This document shows, piece by piece, positions 1 through 10,578 of a stretch of 64,000 nucleotides of DNA (the stretch's first letter is position 1; each line of letters starts with the position of its first letter). The translations under genes and the position numbers were made by a program. The notes under the pieces are model-generated. The model saw only the letters and a program-made list of their open reading frames with translations. It had not been told where the DNA came from and did not search any database. Origin of the DNA: Candidatus Cloacimonadales bacterium (GTDB lineage Bacteria; Cloacimonadota; Cloacimonadia; Cloacimonadales; JAFGVF01); the NCBI GenBank assembly GCA_963678315.1, contig OY782781.1:64001-128000 (forward strand), given 5' to 3'.

Positions 1-1052
1 TCCCAAAGAAGGTCTAAATCTTTATTATCCCAGTCAAAATCTTTTGTTATATTATAAGTTGGTATTGGGAAGGAGAATACACGACCTTTAGCATCACCTT
101 CTGTCATAATTTCTAAGAAAGCTTTATTAATCATTATCATTTCATCAGTGAAATCGCCATAAGTTTCAGGCATTAATTCACCGCCAATGATAACATTTTG
201 GTCCTTATAGATTTTAGGAGGAATTAAATCCATAGTTATATTAGTAAATGGGGTTTGGAAGCCAACTCTAGTAGGGACATTGATGTTAAAGATGAATTCT
301 TGCATAGCTTGCTTAACTTCTGCGTAAGAAAGGTTATCATATTTAATGAAAGGAGCAAGAAGAGTATCGAAGCTTGAGAAAGCTTGAGCACCAGCAGCTT
401 CACCTTGTAGTGTATAGAAGAAGTTAACTATCTGACCAAGAAGGCTTCTAAAGTGCTTAGCAGGTCTACTTTCAATCTTACCTACAGCGCCAGTAAAGCC
501 GATTCTAATTAGATTATACAAATCCCAACCTACACAATATACAGACAATAAGCCTAAATCATGAATATGAATATCACCTTCAATGTGAGCTTCTTTTATT
601 TCTTGAGGGTAAATCTTATTGAGCCAATATGTCTTACTTACTTCAGAAGCAATATAATTGTTAAGCCCTTGAAGTGAATAAGCCATATTGCTATTCTCAT
701 TTACTTGCCAATCTAACTTCTTTAAGTATTGGTCTATTAAGTCAACATTAGCTTTTGATACTATCTCTCTCATTTTAGCATGTTGATCACGGTAAATGAT
801 GTAGCCTTTTGCTGTTTTCTTGAAAGTTGAAGATAATAATATCTCTTCAACAATATCTTGAATCTGTTCAATTGTAACTATCTGTTCATTGTATAATTGA
901 AGAGCTAGGTTTACTACTTTTAAGGTTAAATTACTTGCTGTCTTTTCATCAAATTCTTGTGTGGCTGTACCAGCTCTTAGAATAGCTTTTTCGATTTTAC
1001 TTTTATCAAAAGGAACTATCTCTCCAGTTCTTCTCTTTACGGCTTTAATCAT
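1..1052 (-). CDS. nrdD: Anaerobic (class III) ribonucleoside-triphosphate reductase, 5' part, truncated by window edge
   Basis: Not in the ORF track. Manual translation from ATG at 1052 (GGGAG RBS): MIKAVKRRTGEIVPFDKSKI (ATP-cone) ... GDIHIHDLG ... YCVGWDL ... QGEAAGAQAFSSFDT ... PTRVGFQTPFTN ... GRVFSFPIPTYN. Confidence 0.95.
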   Translation of the reverse strand, partial: MIKAVKRRTGEIVPFDKSKIEKAILRAGTATQEFDEKTASNLTLKVVNLALQLYNEQIVTIEQIQDIVEEILLSSTFKKTAKGYIIYRDQHAKMREIVSKANVDLIDQYLKKLDWQVNENSNMAYSLQGLNNYIASEVSKTYWLNKIYPQEIKEAHIEGDIHIHDLGLLSVYCVGWDLYNLIRIGFTGAVGKIESRPAKHFRSLLGQIVNFFYTLQGEAAGAQAFSSFDTLLAPFIKYDNLSYAEVKQAMQEFIFNINVPTRVGFQTPFTNITMDLIPPKIYKDQNVIIGGELMPETYGDFTDEMIMINKAFLEIMTEGDAKGRVFSFPIPTYNITKDFDWDNKDLDLLW

Positions 1053-1507
1053 CTGCACTCCCAAAACGTTAAATCATTATATGTGTATCATTTAGAATCT
1101 TATTCTATCATTATTCATTCATAGCTTTTTGCTTTATTACTGATTAAAATATATAAGTTTATCATCTTGTCAACAGCAATTTATTATTAAGTTTTTATGC
1201 CCTTTACAACTCATATTTATACATAATATTAGAGAATTTTATTAATGTGTTTTTTATAAAATACTAGCTACTAGTCAATGATATTTTTCTATAATATTTC
1301 CTAAAAAATTTTGAAATATCTTGTTTAGAATTTCAATGTTGTTTTCTATCCACAAAATATATATTACATAAAAAGCTAAGCCTTTATTAATCAATGTTCT
1401 TATCCTTTATGATAACAATTTCAAATAATTCTTAGGATAATCTTTTGCTAAATTAAATTTCTTGACTTATTTTCAGTGTCATTCTTTCTAAAAATATAGG
1501 AATAAAT

Positions 1508-2158
1508 ATGATAAAAAAAGTAATAATATATATAATGCTGTTAGTTTTCTCTTCACTAAGTAGCCAAATGGTCTTAGCTAGACTTCACTATTCAGGTGGT
1601 GGAGATTGGTATAACAATCCTGAAGTGCTGCCAAATCTAGCAAAATATGCTAATGAAAAGTTAAATACTAATTTCCTTATTGAAGAAAAGGTTATCCAGT
1701 TAAATGATGCTGAACTAGCAGATTACCCATTCATTTATGCAACAGGACATGGTAATATTAAATTCTCTGACCGAGAAGCTACTAATCTTAAAGAATACCT
1801 TATTAAGGGTGGATTTCTTTATGTAGATGACGACTATGGTTTAGATAAATCTTTTAGGAATGAGATAAGTAAGGTCTTTCCTAAAAGGGAATTAGTAGAA
1901 CTTCCAATAAGCCATGAACTATTCTCTTGTTACTATAAATTCAAGAAGGGCACTCCTAAAATCCATAAACATGATGATAAAAGACCACGCAGCTATGCTA
2001 TCTTTGATGATTATGGTAGAATAATGGTATTATACACTTTTGAAGCAAACATTTCTGATGGTTGGGCTGATGCAAACACTCATAAAGATTCTGTAGAAAC
2101 TAGAACAAAAGCCCTAAATATGGGAGTTAATATTCTGTATTATATACTAATGAGGTAA
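1508..2158 (+). CDS. DUF4159 family protein with signal peptide
   Basis: ARLHYSGGGDWY, YPFIYATGHG, GGFLYVDDDYG, DGW motifs. Confidence 0.85.
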   Translation: MIKKVIIYIMLLVFSSLSSQMVLARLHYSGGGDWYNNPEVLPNLAKYANEKLNTNFLIEEKVIQLNDAELADYPFIYATGHGNIKFSDREATNLKEYLIKGGFLYVDDDYGLDKSFRNEISKVFPKRELVELPISHELFSCYYKFKKGTPKIHKHDDKRPRSYAIFDDYGRIMVLYTFEANISDGWADANTHKDSVETRTKALNMGVNILYYILMR

Positions 2159-2159
2159 G

Positions 2160-2897
2160 ATGAAGATAATCGTAATTTCAGATACACACATCAAGTTCCA
2201 TGAGAAGCAAGAAGACTATGAAAGACGAATGTTAGTTTCAGACTTCCTCAACAGTCTCGATTCTAGCACTGACCTATTAGTCTTAAATGGAGATATTTTT
2301 GATCTATGGTTTGATTGGAAGACTGTCATTATCAAAGGCTACTATGACTTTGTTAGGGTTCTAGAGAATGTTAGATCTAAAGGTATTAAAATCGTTATGT
2401 TAGCAGGTAATCACGATTTCTGGTTTAATGGCTTTTTAGAAGAGCAGTTAGGCATAGAAGTCTATGACGACATTTATCAATTAGAAGATGGAAATAAGAA
2501 GTTCTTATTCACTCACGGAGACAAATATACAACTAATGATATTAGATACTTAATTTTTAGAAGCTTACTAAGAAACAAAGTAACTAAAGCTATTTTCAAC
2601 GTTATACATCCTGAGATAAGCCTTAACATAGGCAAATGTATGTCTCGTTCAAGTAGAAATAGACAAGATTCTAAAGATATTACTGAAAGAAAAGGGCAAG
2701 GCCTTAAAAACTTTGCTGAAAAGATGATTAATAAAGGATATGATTTTGTAGCAATGGGACATTCTCATAATCCACAGAAAACTAAAGTAGGAAAGGGTTA
2801 TTACTTAAATTCAGGAGATTGGATTAAGAGTAATACATACCTTGAGATTATTGATGGACAAGCAAATTTAATAGAATATAAAAAAGGGGATAATTAA
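2160..2897 (+). CDS. lpxH: UDP-2,3-diacylglucosamine diphosphatase (calcineurin-like metallophosphoesterase)
   Basis: SDTH, GDIFDLW, GNHD, HGD, GHSH, NSGDW motifs. Confidence 0.85.
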   Translation: MKIIVISDTHIKFHEKQEDYERRMLVSDFLNSLDSSTDLLVLNGDIFDLWFDWKTVIIKGYYDFVRVLENVRSKGIKIVMLAGNHDFWFNGFLEEQLGIEVYDDIYQLEDGNKKFLFTHGDKYTTNDIRYLIFRSLLRNKVTKAIFNVIHPEISLNIGKCMSRSSRNRQDSKDITERKGQGLKNFAEKMINKGYDFVAMGHSHNPQKTKVGKGYYLNSGDWIKSNTYLEIIDGQANLIEYKKGDN

Positions 2898-3694
2898 TGA
2901 ATTTAAAGAAATTAACACTAATATTATGTATGGCTGGATTACTATTAACTGGCAACTTATTAGCTAAGAATACAACAGCTGTAATTAAAACTAATCTTGG
3001 TGACATTGAGCTTGAATTGACTGATACAACAACTCCAAAGACAGTTGATAACTTTATCAAATTGGCTAAGAAAGATTACTATAATGGCATCTACTTCCAC
3101 AGAGTAATTCCTGATTTTATGATTCAAGGTGGAGACCCTAACACTAAGAACGATAATCGTGGTGATGATGGTTCAGGTGGACCTGGCTATAAGTTCGAAG
3201 ATGAATGTTATATCAAAGAAGGTACTAAGAAGTTAACTGGTGAGATTACAGACCAAACTGCTGCTATTCGTGTATATCAAGAAGTTTTAATGCCTTATAT
3301 GCAAAAGAAAAGAGATAAAGCTGATCCTGAAATCTTAAAGATAATGACTGATATTAGAACCCAAAGAGCAATTGACCCTGTCTACGCTCATAACTATGAA
3401 TATTACTACGAGAAAACAGCTTCTGAACCACTTTATACCCAAGGTAAGCTAATTGCTTCTGTTGATTATGGAACACTTTGCATGGCTAATTCAGGACCTA
3501 ACACTAACGGTTCTCAGTTCTTTATCGTTACTAAAAAAGAGGGTGCATCATGGCTTAATGGTAAACACACTGTTTTTGGTAAAGTAACAAAGGGTATGGA
3601 TGTTGTTCATACAATAGAAGGCTTAAAACGTGATGCTAAAGATAATCCATTAGCTGAAAACCAAGCAATCATTAAATCTATTGAGATTAAATAA
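2897..3694 (+). CDS. Cyclophilin-type peptidyl-prolyl isomerase, secreted, with internal insertion
   Basis: FHRVIPDFMIQGGDP, MANSGPNTNGSQFFI, LNGKHTVFGKV; N-terminal signal peptide. Confidence 0.95.
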   Translation: MNLKKLTLILCMAGLLLTGNLLAKNTTAVIKTNLGDIELELTDTTTPKTVDNFIKLAKKDYYNGIYFHRVIPDFMIQGGDPNTKNDNRGDDGSGGPGYKFEDECYIKEGTKKLTGEITDQTAAIRVYQEVLMPYMQKKRDKADPEILKIMTDIRTQRAIDPVYAHNYEYYYEKTASEPLYTQGKLIASVDYGTLCMANSGPNTNGSQFFIVTKKEGASWLNGKHTVFGKVTKGMDVVHTIEGLKRDAKDNPLAENQAIIKSIEIK

Positions 3695-3894
3695 TGAAAG
3701 CTATCTATACTTTTATTGATGATGAAGGAGCTAAGACTCATATTGTAGTTACCAAGATAAGAAGAGTATCTCTTGCTTTTGGTAGTTTAGTTATTGAATT
3801 TGATAACGGAGATAAAGAAACATTTGAAGTTGAAGAAGCTCCTAAAATTCTTAATGATATCATTGAGTCAATCGAAGAGTTTTATAAGAAGTGA
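3694..3894 (+). CDS. Small hypothetical protein
   Basis: 66 aa, translationally coupled on both sides (TAATG and GTGA overlaps). Confidence 0.7.
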   Translation: MKAIYTFIDDEGAKTHIVVTKIRRVSLAFGSLVIEFDNGDKETFEVEEAPKILNDIIESIEEFYKK

Positions 3895-4583
3895 ATAAAA
3901 TAGGCTCTCAGATTCTTAATATAGTATCTGATACTAACGATAAATTTAATATATTTTCAAAAGAAGACAAGGCTGTCTTTGCTATCTCTGGTGGTAAAGA
4001 CTCTTTGTCTCTTTTAACATTATTACAATCCCATTTTAAAGAAATAAAGTGCCTTCATGTTAGAATATCCCCCACTTCTGATATTTCTTTTATAGAGTTT
4101 GCTAGTAATTTTCATAAAATTGATATAGTGGAAAGTGATATTTTAACTGAAGCTAGAAATTCTAAAAAGAATCCTTGTTTTATTTGTTCACGTAGAAGAA
4201 ATCAAAAAATATTTGAGTATGCTCAATCGCAAGGAATAAAGAAAGTAGTCTTTGCTCATAACCGAGAAGATGTAATTGAAACTCTATTGATGAATATGCT
4301 GTATTCAAGGAAAATATCAACTATGATGCCTAAACAAGTCCTCTTTGCTGGTAAAATTGAAGTTCTAAGACCTTTCTATGAAGTCCCAGAGATTCTGCTT
4401 TATAATTATAGTAAAGATATACCATCTATTAGTAAGTCTTGCGAGTTCGATGGAAATACCAAGAGACAGTATATCAAAGATCTAGTTAATCAAATAGCTC
4501 AAGAACACCCCAAGATTAATATCAAAGATAATATTTACAACTCTATTCTTGCCTTAGATAAAGACTTTATTCCCAAGTTATAA
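3891..4583 (+). CDS. TtcA-like tRNA thiolation PP-loop ATPase
   Basis: SGGKDS PP-loop, PCFICSRRR, AHNREDVIETLLMN, LRP. Confidence 0.8.
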   Translation: MNKIGSQILNIVSDTNDKFNIFSKEDKAVFAISGGKDSLSLLTLLQSHFKEIKCLHVRISPTSDISFIEFASNFHKIDIVESDILTEARNSKKNPCFICSRRRNQKIFEYAQSQGIKKVVFAHNREDVIETLLMNMLYSRKISTMMPKQVLFAGKIEVLRPFYEVPEILLYNYSKDIPSISKSCEFDGNTKRQYIKDLVNQIAQEHPKINIKDNIYNSILALDKDFIPKL

Positions 4584-5078
4584 ATACTTTACCCTTTTAG
4601 CATCATATCTATCTACAAATTTATTTTCTTGTGAAGAATCTGGATAACCAACTGGAATCACACAAAAAGGCTTCAAATTAGCTTGTAGCTTAAAGAGCTC
4701 TGCTAAATACTCCATTCTATCTTGCATTGGAGCAACGCCCAACCACACAGCACCTAATCCTTGATTTACTATTTCCAGAAGCATTGTTTGAGCACATGCA
4801 CCTAAATCTTGTTGCCAATAGTCAGGAGCCGTACATCTTTCCATATTGCCAAGCAATACTATTGCAAAAGCACAAGTAGCAACCATGCTAGAATATGGGC
4901 TCATCTCAGAAATCTTTTGTAATAGTACTTTATCTTTAACTATTAAAAACTCCCAGCCTTGTTGATTACAGGCTGAAGGAGATTGCATTCCTGCTCTTAA
5001 TATCTTTTCTATTTTATCATTTTCAACAGGTCTATGATCATACTTTCTAATACTTCTTCTTATATCAATAATATTCAT
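4578..5078 (-). CDS. Nitroreductase family protein
   Basis: RRSIRKY, SPSACNQQGW, GLGAVWLG, IPVGYP. Confidence 0.9.
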   Translation of the reverse strand: MNIIDIRRSIRKYDHRPVENDKIEKILRAGMQSPSACNQQGWEFLIVKDKVLLQKISEMSPYSSMVATCAFAIVLLGNMERCTAPDYWQQDLGACAQTMLLEIVNQGLGAVWLGVAPMQDRMEYLAELFKLQANLKPFCVIPVGYPDSSQENKFVDRYDAKRVKYL

Positions 5079-5971
5079 TAATCCTCCAATAATTCTTTAA
5101 TTTTATTAGAAATTTGCAATTCATAATACTTTGGACCGGCTAAGTGATTATGCTCAATTTCAAGCATTTCTTTGGGTTGATTAGCTTTCTCATAAAGAGT
5201 TTCCCCCATCTTAAAAGGAATTATCTCATCTTCCCTACTATGAATAATTAACACAGGCTTATGATAGTTTTGAATAGACTCTTTTGCACTATATTTTTCT
5301 GCTACCAATATCCTACCCAACCAGCCAAAGAACTCTTTTCCTACATCTTTATGTGATGAGAAAGCCCCTTCAATGACTAGTCCATCAATTTTATCTTGAT
5401 TCTTCTCTGCTATAACCGCAGAAAGATGTCCACCTAATGACTGTCCATAGATTACTATTTTATCCTCAGCAATATCCTTTCTTGATAAGAGGTAATCCAA
5501 AGCACTTTGACCATCTATAATAACATTATCTCTTGTTGCTTGACCTTGAGAAAAACCAAAACCACTATAATCAAACATAAAAACCTTAAAACCATGATTG
5601 ACTAAAGGATAAATAGTGCCCAATTGGAAAAGAATATTCCCATAATTGCCATGATAATGCATAATAGTTATTCCATTTGCTTGATTATCTTCTATTGGAG
5701 ATAAGATCCAACCATTTAGCATATTCCCATTTTTACTTGGAAAAACTACACTTTCTATCTTGTAGCCAAGTGAATACTTTTCACCTTGCTGAGTAAAGAA
5801 ATGTGGTTGCAAGTTTTCATTTTTAAACTCTACTTGCAGAGTATCATTTTTACTCCTAATATTTAGTTTTCTTAAATCACTTGGTATCTTTCTAGGCTGT
5901 AAAAATTGATTATCAAAACTACAAGCACTAAGTAAAAATAAAAGAAATATAGTAAATAGACTCTTTCTCAT
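5078..5971 (-). CDS. Alpha/beta hydrolase lipoprotein
   Basis: Lipobox LSAC, HGN, DYSGFG, GQSLGG nucleophile; start moved to the ATG at 5971 (MRKSLF) from the track start 5995. Confidence 0.85.
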   Translation of the reverse strand: MRKSLFTIFLLFLLSACSFDNQFLQPRKIPSDLRKLNIRSKNDTLQVEFKNENLQPHFFTQQGEKYSLGYKIESVVFPSKNGNMLNGWILSPIEDNQANGITIMHYHGNYGNILFQLGTIYPLVNHGFKVFMFDYSGFGFSQGQATRDNVIIDGQSALDYLLSRKDIAEDKIVIYGQSLGGHLSAVIAEKNQDKIDGLVIEGAFSSHKDVGKEFFGWLGRILVAEKYSAKESIQNYHKPVLIIHSREDEIIPFKMGETLYEKANQPKEMLEIEHNHLAGPKYYELQISNKIKELLED

Positions 5972-6043
5972 AAGGAACCCCTTTCTTCTATCCATAACAT
6001 TAGTTTAGATAACTTTAAAAATTCTCGTATATGTCAACACTTT

Positions 6044-6092
6044 CTTACTTGCGTCCTGCATAAAAAGGCAATTTAGTGCAGGAGGCTAGTAA
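6044..6092. repeat. REP-like palindrome family A, degenerate copy
   Basis: CTTACTTGCGTCCTGCATAAAAAGGCAATTTAGTGCAGGAGGCTAGTAA resembles the perfect copy at 28105-28146. Confidence 0.7.
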
Positions 6093-6138
6093 TTTTTGGC
6101 AATATCTGAGAATATTTAATAGATAAAGTGAGTATGTA

Positions 6139-6172
6139 AAAAAGAGTCCTCATTCTCTTTTTGAGGACTCTT
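6139..6172 (-). terminator. Intrinsic terminator downstream of 6193..7842
   Basis: AAGAGTCCTCA-loop-TGAGGACTCTT stem; A-run on + gives a U-tract on -. Confidence 0.7.
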
Positions 6173-6192
6173 AATTTTATCCTTGAATGATA

Positions 6193-7842
6193 CTACTTTT
6201 GAAGTATCATCTTCTTTATTATTTGGGACTTATCAGTCATAATCTTATATAGATATACACCAGAAGTAACGTCTTGAGAAGCTTCATTAGTTCCCTTCCA
6301 GACCACTTGGTGATTACCTTTTACGAAATTATCAGAGACTAGTCTTTTAACTCTTTGACCTTTAAGGTTATATATATCTAGAACAACCTTACTATCTTGT
6401 GGGAGATTGAAGTTGATAGTTGTTTCAGGGTTAAAAGGATTTGGGTAATTTGATATAGTTAGATTATTTGGAGAATCAATATCATCTACATTTGGAGTTG
6501 CTTGTTGAACTGGCAAATTGAATTCTAAGATCTTACTAAGTTGAGTATTCAAACTTGAAAATTCTATTTCAAAGAGAAGTTCTTCCAAGTAATAATCACT
6601 TCCTAGATATTCGAAATCAAAGATAAATTCTAGACTACCAGTTTCTGATTCTAGCCAGTAGTAGTTAGTTTGGTCGTATTCTCCAATCAAAACACTTTCT
6701 TCTTGGCTAGAAACTCTTACAACTGGATAGTTAACATGTGCTGAACCGTAATTGCTTATATCCAAAGAGATAGTGTTATTACCTTCAACAACAATTCCAT
6801 TATGGGAAACAATCTCATAATCTGAAATCATTATTTCAGGAGCATAAGCTATTAGATAAATAGGAGCACTATTATGTCCAAAAATATCGCTTAATGAATA
6901 GAAAAGATGGAAGTTAAAGTCATCTTCAATGTTGTAATCAATGCTTACTTCATAAGGACCTAAGACAATCTCTTCACCAGGAACTAAACTCAAATTTTCA
7001 GTTACTGTTTCCATACTTACTTGCTGGTAAGGACTATAGGAGAAGAAAGATGTTCTTTCCGATGCAATTGGACCTAAATTCTTAATCCGATAAGACACGT
7101 TAAATGTTTCACCGAAAGTTAGCATATCATCCCAACCATCATCAATTATGACCTCTTCAACATTGAGATATGGTTGATTTAAGCTTTGGAAGTTTATTTC
7201 AAAATTGACATTGCCAATCGTTGGCTCTTCTGCACTAATCAATACCATTTCTGCATCTTCTTCTGAATATTGAGTATTGTACCAGATTTCACCATTATAA
7301 GCACCATAAAACATAAGTCCTACTTTGTAGTTACCAATGTTTAAGTCATCAAACTTATAGGAGTCACTTTCATCAACTTGCTCAAAACCCATAGAGATTG
7401 TTAGATTAGAATTTACAATATGTTTTAAAGTTACGAAGTAAAAAGTATTTTCAAAGAACATCTCATCTGCAATCAATCTTCCTGATATAGAGCCTCTATT
7501 AGTTAAGATTTTCTGAACAGCTAATTCAACACCAGCAATATGTTGATTAGAGTCAACAATATTGATGTGTTCTTCCATATAAGATGAAAAATAGTTCTCA
7601 GAGTATCCTGTACTAAGACGATATTCTCCTAACTCTACACCATCAATAAAGAAATATCCTTGATCATTAGTTTCAGCAGTAAATGTTACATTTTCCCAAG
7701 CGTTAGGTTCAACTCTTTGAAGATATACACTTATACCTTCAACTCCCTGTGGAGTTTCTATATTTATTATATTTCCAGCAACTGTTGCAGTCATCCCAAC
7801 AACTGGAATTAATATCAAAATCAAACTAAGTAATCTTTTCAT
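6193..7842 (-). CDS. Secreted Ig-like/beta-sandwich protein with C-terminal FlgD-Ig (T9SS type A-like) domain
   Basis: Signal peptide MKRLLSLILIL (GGAGG RBS supports start 7842); C-terminus NYPNPFNPETTINF...IYNLKGQRV...SGVYLY...KKMILQK. Confidence 0.85.
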   Translation of the reverse strand: MKRLLSLILILIPVVGMTATVAGNIINIETPQGVEGISVYLQRVEPNAWENVTFTAETNDQGYFFIDGVELGEYRLSTGYSENYFSSYMEEHINIVDSNQHIAGVELAVQKILTNRGSISGRLIADEMFFENTFYFVTLKHIVNSNLTISMGFEQVDESDSYKFDDLNIGNYKVGLMFYGAYNGEIWYNTQYSEEDAEMVLISAEEPTIGNVNFEINFQSLNQPYLNVEEVIIDDGWDDMLTFGETFNVSYRIKNLGPIASERTSFFSYSPYQQVSMETVTENLSLVPGEEIVLGPYEVSIDYNIEDDFNFHLFYSLSDIFGHNSAPIYLIAYAPEIMISDYEIVSHNGIVVEGNNTISLDISNYGSAHVNYPVVRVSSQEESVLIGEYDQTNYYWLESETGSLEFIFDFEYLGSDYYLEELLFEIEFSSLNTQLSKILEFNLPVQQATPNVDDIDSPNNLTISNYPNPFNPETTINFNLPQDSKVVLDIYNLKGQRVKRLVSDNFVKGNHQVVWKGTNEASQDVTSGVYLYKIMTDKSQIIKKMILQK

Positions 7843-7924
7843 AATTACCTCCATTAAGATATTAATCTATTTCTTGTTAGAGACAACTAATTTTAAATAA
7901 ACTAACTATATTTTGAACCTTCTT

Positions 7925-8578
7925 TTATTTCTTCCTGCAAATGGCTAGGTAATTATCTTGTTCCATTCCATATTGTATTGTTTCTTCCACTATAGTCAAA
8001 CCAGCTTTGCCAATCATTTCCCTAATCTCATTAGGGCTATCAAATTGTCTTACTGATATTACTTGAGACCCCGTGTATACTTCTAAACATCTAGTTTTTT
8101 TGTTGTATGCTTTAAGTACTTCATCAATTTTGGGAGGATTGCACATTGTATTAATCCACAATTCTCCATTTTGGGAAAGAGAATTATATATTTTTGTCAT
8201 GGCATTGTCTCTATCATCTCCTATGATACAATGTAATAAAAAGCTATCTACAATTAGATCAAACTTCTTTTTATTTTTCCAATCTGTAATAAAATTGGTA
8301 CATCTGAAATCTACATTTGCCATGGACATAGTTTTTTTTCTTGCTGTTTGAATTGCATGTGAGGAAATATCAATACCTAAATAACTAATTGCTATTCTTT
8401 TAAATCCACTAAGATATGGAGCTGAACCACAACCAAGTTCTAACATTGCTATATTTCCATTTAAATGACTATTAGTAGTAAACCATAACCAATCATCTTC
8501 AAAATTGTATTCAGTTTCAGCCCAGTCTTCTTGCTTTTCATATATAGATTCATGTTGCGAATAATCTGCCAATAACAT
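7925..8578 (-). CDS. Class I SAM-dependent methyltransferase
   Basis: LELGCGS, GIDIS, FDLIVD..LHCI; GGAGG RBS favours start 8578. Confidence 0.85.
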   Translation of the reverse strand: MLLADYSQHESIYEKQEDWAETEYNFEDDWLWFTTNSHLNGNIAMLELGCGSAPYLSGFKRIAISYLGIDISSHAIQTARKKTMSMANVDFRCTNFITDWKNKKKFDLIVDSFLLHCIIGDDRDNAMTKIYNSLSQNGELWINTMCNPPKIDEVLKAYNKKTRCLEVYTGSQVISVRQFDSPNEIREMIGKAGLTIVEETIQYGMEQDNYLAICRKK

Positions 8579-8752
8579 GTTTCCTCCTAAAATTAATTTC
8601 AAGATTAATAATATTATCTGAGACGTCAATATAAATCACTAGATATAGATTTCTATTTAAACTATTTTAATTTTATATTATACCATTTATAATACCTTAT
8701 AATTTTTATAGCTATCAATAGTCTTTTTTTTTCTGTTTTAGAAGATTATTAG

Positions 8753-8780
8753 TTGACATCTTAAACAAATAATTTATAAT
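8753..8780 (+). promoter_or_regulatory. Sigma70-like promoter of fprA-ferritin-rubredoxin
   Basis: TTGACA-16 nt-TATAAT. Confidence 0.65.
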
Positions 8781-8829
8781 TTAAGAAAAGAATATTGAAG
8801 TACCTTATGGTACAAGTTAAGGAGAAGTA

Positions 8830-10002
8830 ATGAAGCCGGTTAAGATTAAAGATAATGTTTATTGGGTTGGAGGAGTAGACTGGGATCTACGTAACTTCCA
8901 TGGATACCTTACTCAAAGAGGTTCTACATACAATTCATATTTAATTATTGATGAGAAAGTAACATTGATTGATGGAGTTAAAACTCATTTATTCCCAGAA
9001 TTGATTGAAAGAATTTCTCATGTAATTGACCCTTCAAAAATTGATTACATTGTTCATAATCATGTAGAGATGGACCACTCTGGCTCACTACCAAAAATGC
9101 TTGAAGTAGCAAAAAATGCTCAAATTGTTTCTTCTCCAAACGGAGAAAAAGGTTTAAAAGCACATTACGGTTCAGACCTTAATGTAAAAGTTGTAAAGAC
9201 TGGCGAATCATTGAATATTGGAAAAAGAAATTTATGCTTTGTCTTAACTCCAATGGTACACTGGCCAGATAATATGGTTACTTGGTGTCCAGAAGAAAAA
9301 ATATTATTCTCGAATGATTCATTTGGTCAACATATAGCATCTTCTGTTCATTTTGATTATGAGTACCCTGTGAACACATTATTCCATGAAGCTCAAAAAT
9401 ATTATGCTAATATAGTCTTACCTTATGGCATGCAAGTTCAAAAAGCTTTATGTACAGTAAAAGAACTTCAACCTGAAGTTATTGCTCCTAGTCATGGTCT
9501 AATTTGGAAAGAACATATTCCTGAACTATTAAAAAAATACGATGAATGGTCTTCTAATATAGTTGAAGATAAAGCTGTAATCATCTATGATACTATGTGG
9601 CATTCAACTGAGAAAATGGCATTTGCTATTGCTAATGCTTTTGAGAATTTGGATATTGCTTACCAACTATTTAACCTTCAACATAATCATATTTCAGATA
9701 TAATGACTGAAGTAGTTGAAGCAAAATATATATGCGTAGGTTCTCCAACATTAAACAACAATATCCTCCCAACTGTAGCAAGCTTCTTAACATATCTTAA
9801 AGGTCTTGCTCCTAAGAATAGGACAGCTGTTGCTTTCGGTTCTTATGGCTGGGGTGGACAAAGCATTGGCATAGTAAATGATGAATTAGCTTCATGCAAA
9901 TTTGATATGTGGGATATGATTAGGGTTAACTATATCCCTTCTGAAGACCTTTTAAATGATATTACAGAGCAAATAACTAACAATCTAAAAAAGGAAGATT
10001 AA
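8830..10002 (+). CDS. fprA: Flavodiiron protein (A-type flavoprotein)
   Basis: HVEMDHSG, VHWPD, SNDSFGQH, PSHG; flavodoxin domain GSPTLN, FGSYGW. Confidence 0.95.
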   Translation: MKPVKIKDNVYWVGGVDWDLRNFHGYLTQRGSTYNSYLIIDEKVTLIDGVKTHLFPELIERISHVIDPSKIDYIVHNHVEMDHSGSLPKMLEVAKNAQIVSSPNGEKGLKAHYGSDLNVKVVKTGESLNIGKRNLCFVLTPMVHWPDNMVTWCPEEKILFSNDSFGQHIASSVHFDYEYPVNTLFHEAQKYYANIVLPYGMQVQKALCTVKELQPEVIAPSHGLIWKEHIPELLKKYDEWSSNIVEDKAVIIYDTMWHSTEKMAFAIANAFENLDIAYQLFNLQHNHISDIMTEVVEAKYICVGSPTLNNNILPTVASFLTYLKGLAPKNRTAVAFGSYGWGGQSIGIVNDELASCKFDMWDMIRVNYIPSEDLLNDITEQITNNLKKED

Positions 10003-10012
10003 AGGAATTATC

Positions 10013-10519
10013 ATGATTAAAGAAACAATAAGTAAAGCAATAAATCAGCAAATTAACAGAGAGATGTTTTCTGAATATTTCTATCTAGCAATGGCATCAT
10101 TCTTTGAAAATAAGGGACTTTCAGGATTTGCTAACTTCTTTAAAGTTCAAGTAGAAGAAGAAAGATTCCATGCTATGAAATTCTACAATTACCTCAATGA
10201 AAGAGGTGGTAGAGTTAGACTTTCTAATATTGAAGCACCACAAGATGACTTCAATTCTCCATTAGAAGTCTTTGAAATGGCTCTTAAACATGAAGAGTTC
10301 ATTACTAAATCTATCAATGATTTAATGGAACTAGCTATGAATGAAAAAGATTTTGCAACGATGAGCTTACTAAATTGGTTTATTGATGAACAAGTTGAGG
10401 AAGAAGCATCAATGAATACTATTGTAGATCAATTGAGAATGATTAATAACGAAGGTCATGGATTGATGATGCTAGATAAAGAATTAGCAACTAGGACCTT
10501 TACACCTCCAACAAACTAA
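10013..10519 (+). CDS. ftnA: Non-heme ferritin
   Basis: QINREMFSEYFY, EEERFHAMKF, WFIDEQVEEE ferroxidase residues. Confidence 0.95.
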   Translation: MIKETISKAINQQINREMFSEYFYLAMASFFENKGLSGFANFFKVQVEEERFHAMKFYNYLNERGGRVRLSNIEAPQDDFNSPLEVFEMALKHEEFITKSINDLMELAMNEKDFATMSLLNWFIDEQVEEEASMNTIVDQLRMINNEGHGLMMLDKELATRTFTPPTN

Positions 10520-10578
10520 ATTTTAATTAAAATAAAGCTGAAGAGCTATATACTTTAAAATAAATAAGGAGTTAGATT

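Noticed and set aside
1053..1500. NrdR boxes or a riboswitch upstream of nrdD
   Set aside because: Very AT-rich; no convincing tandem NrdR consensus or structured motif by eye.
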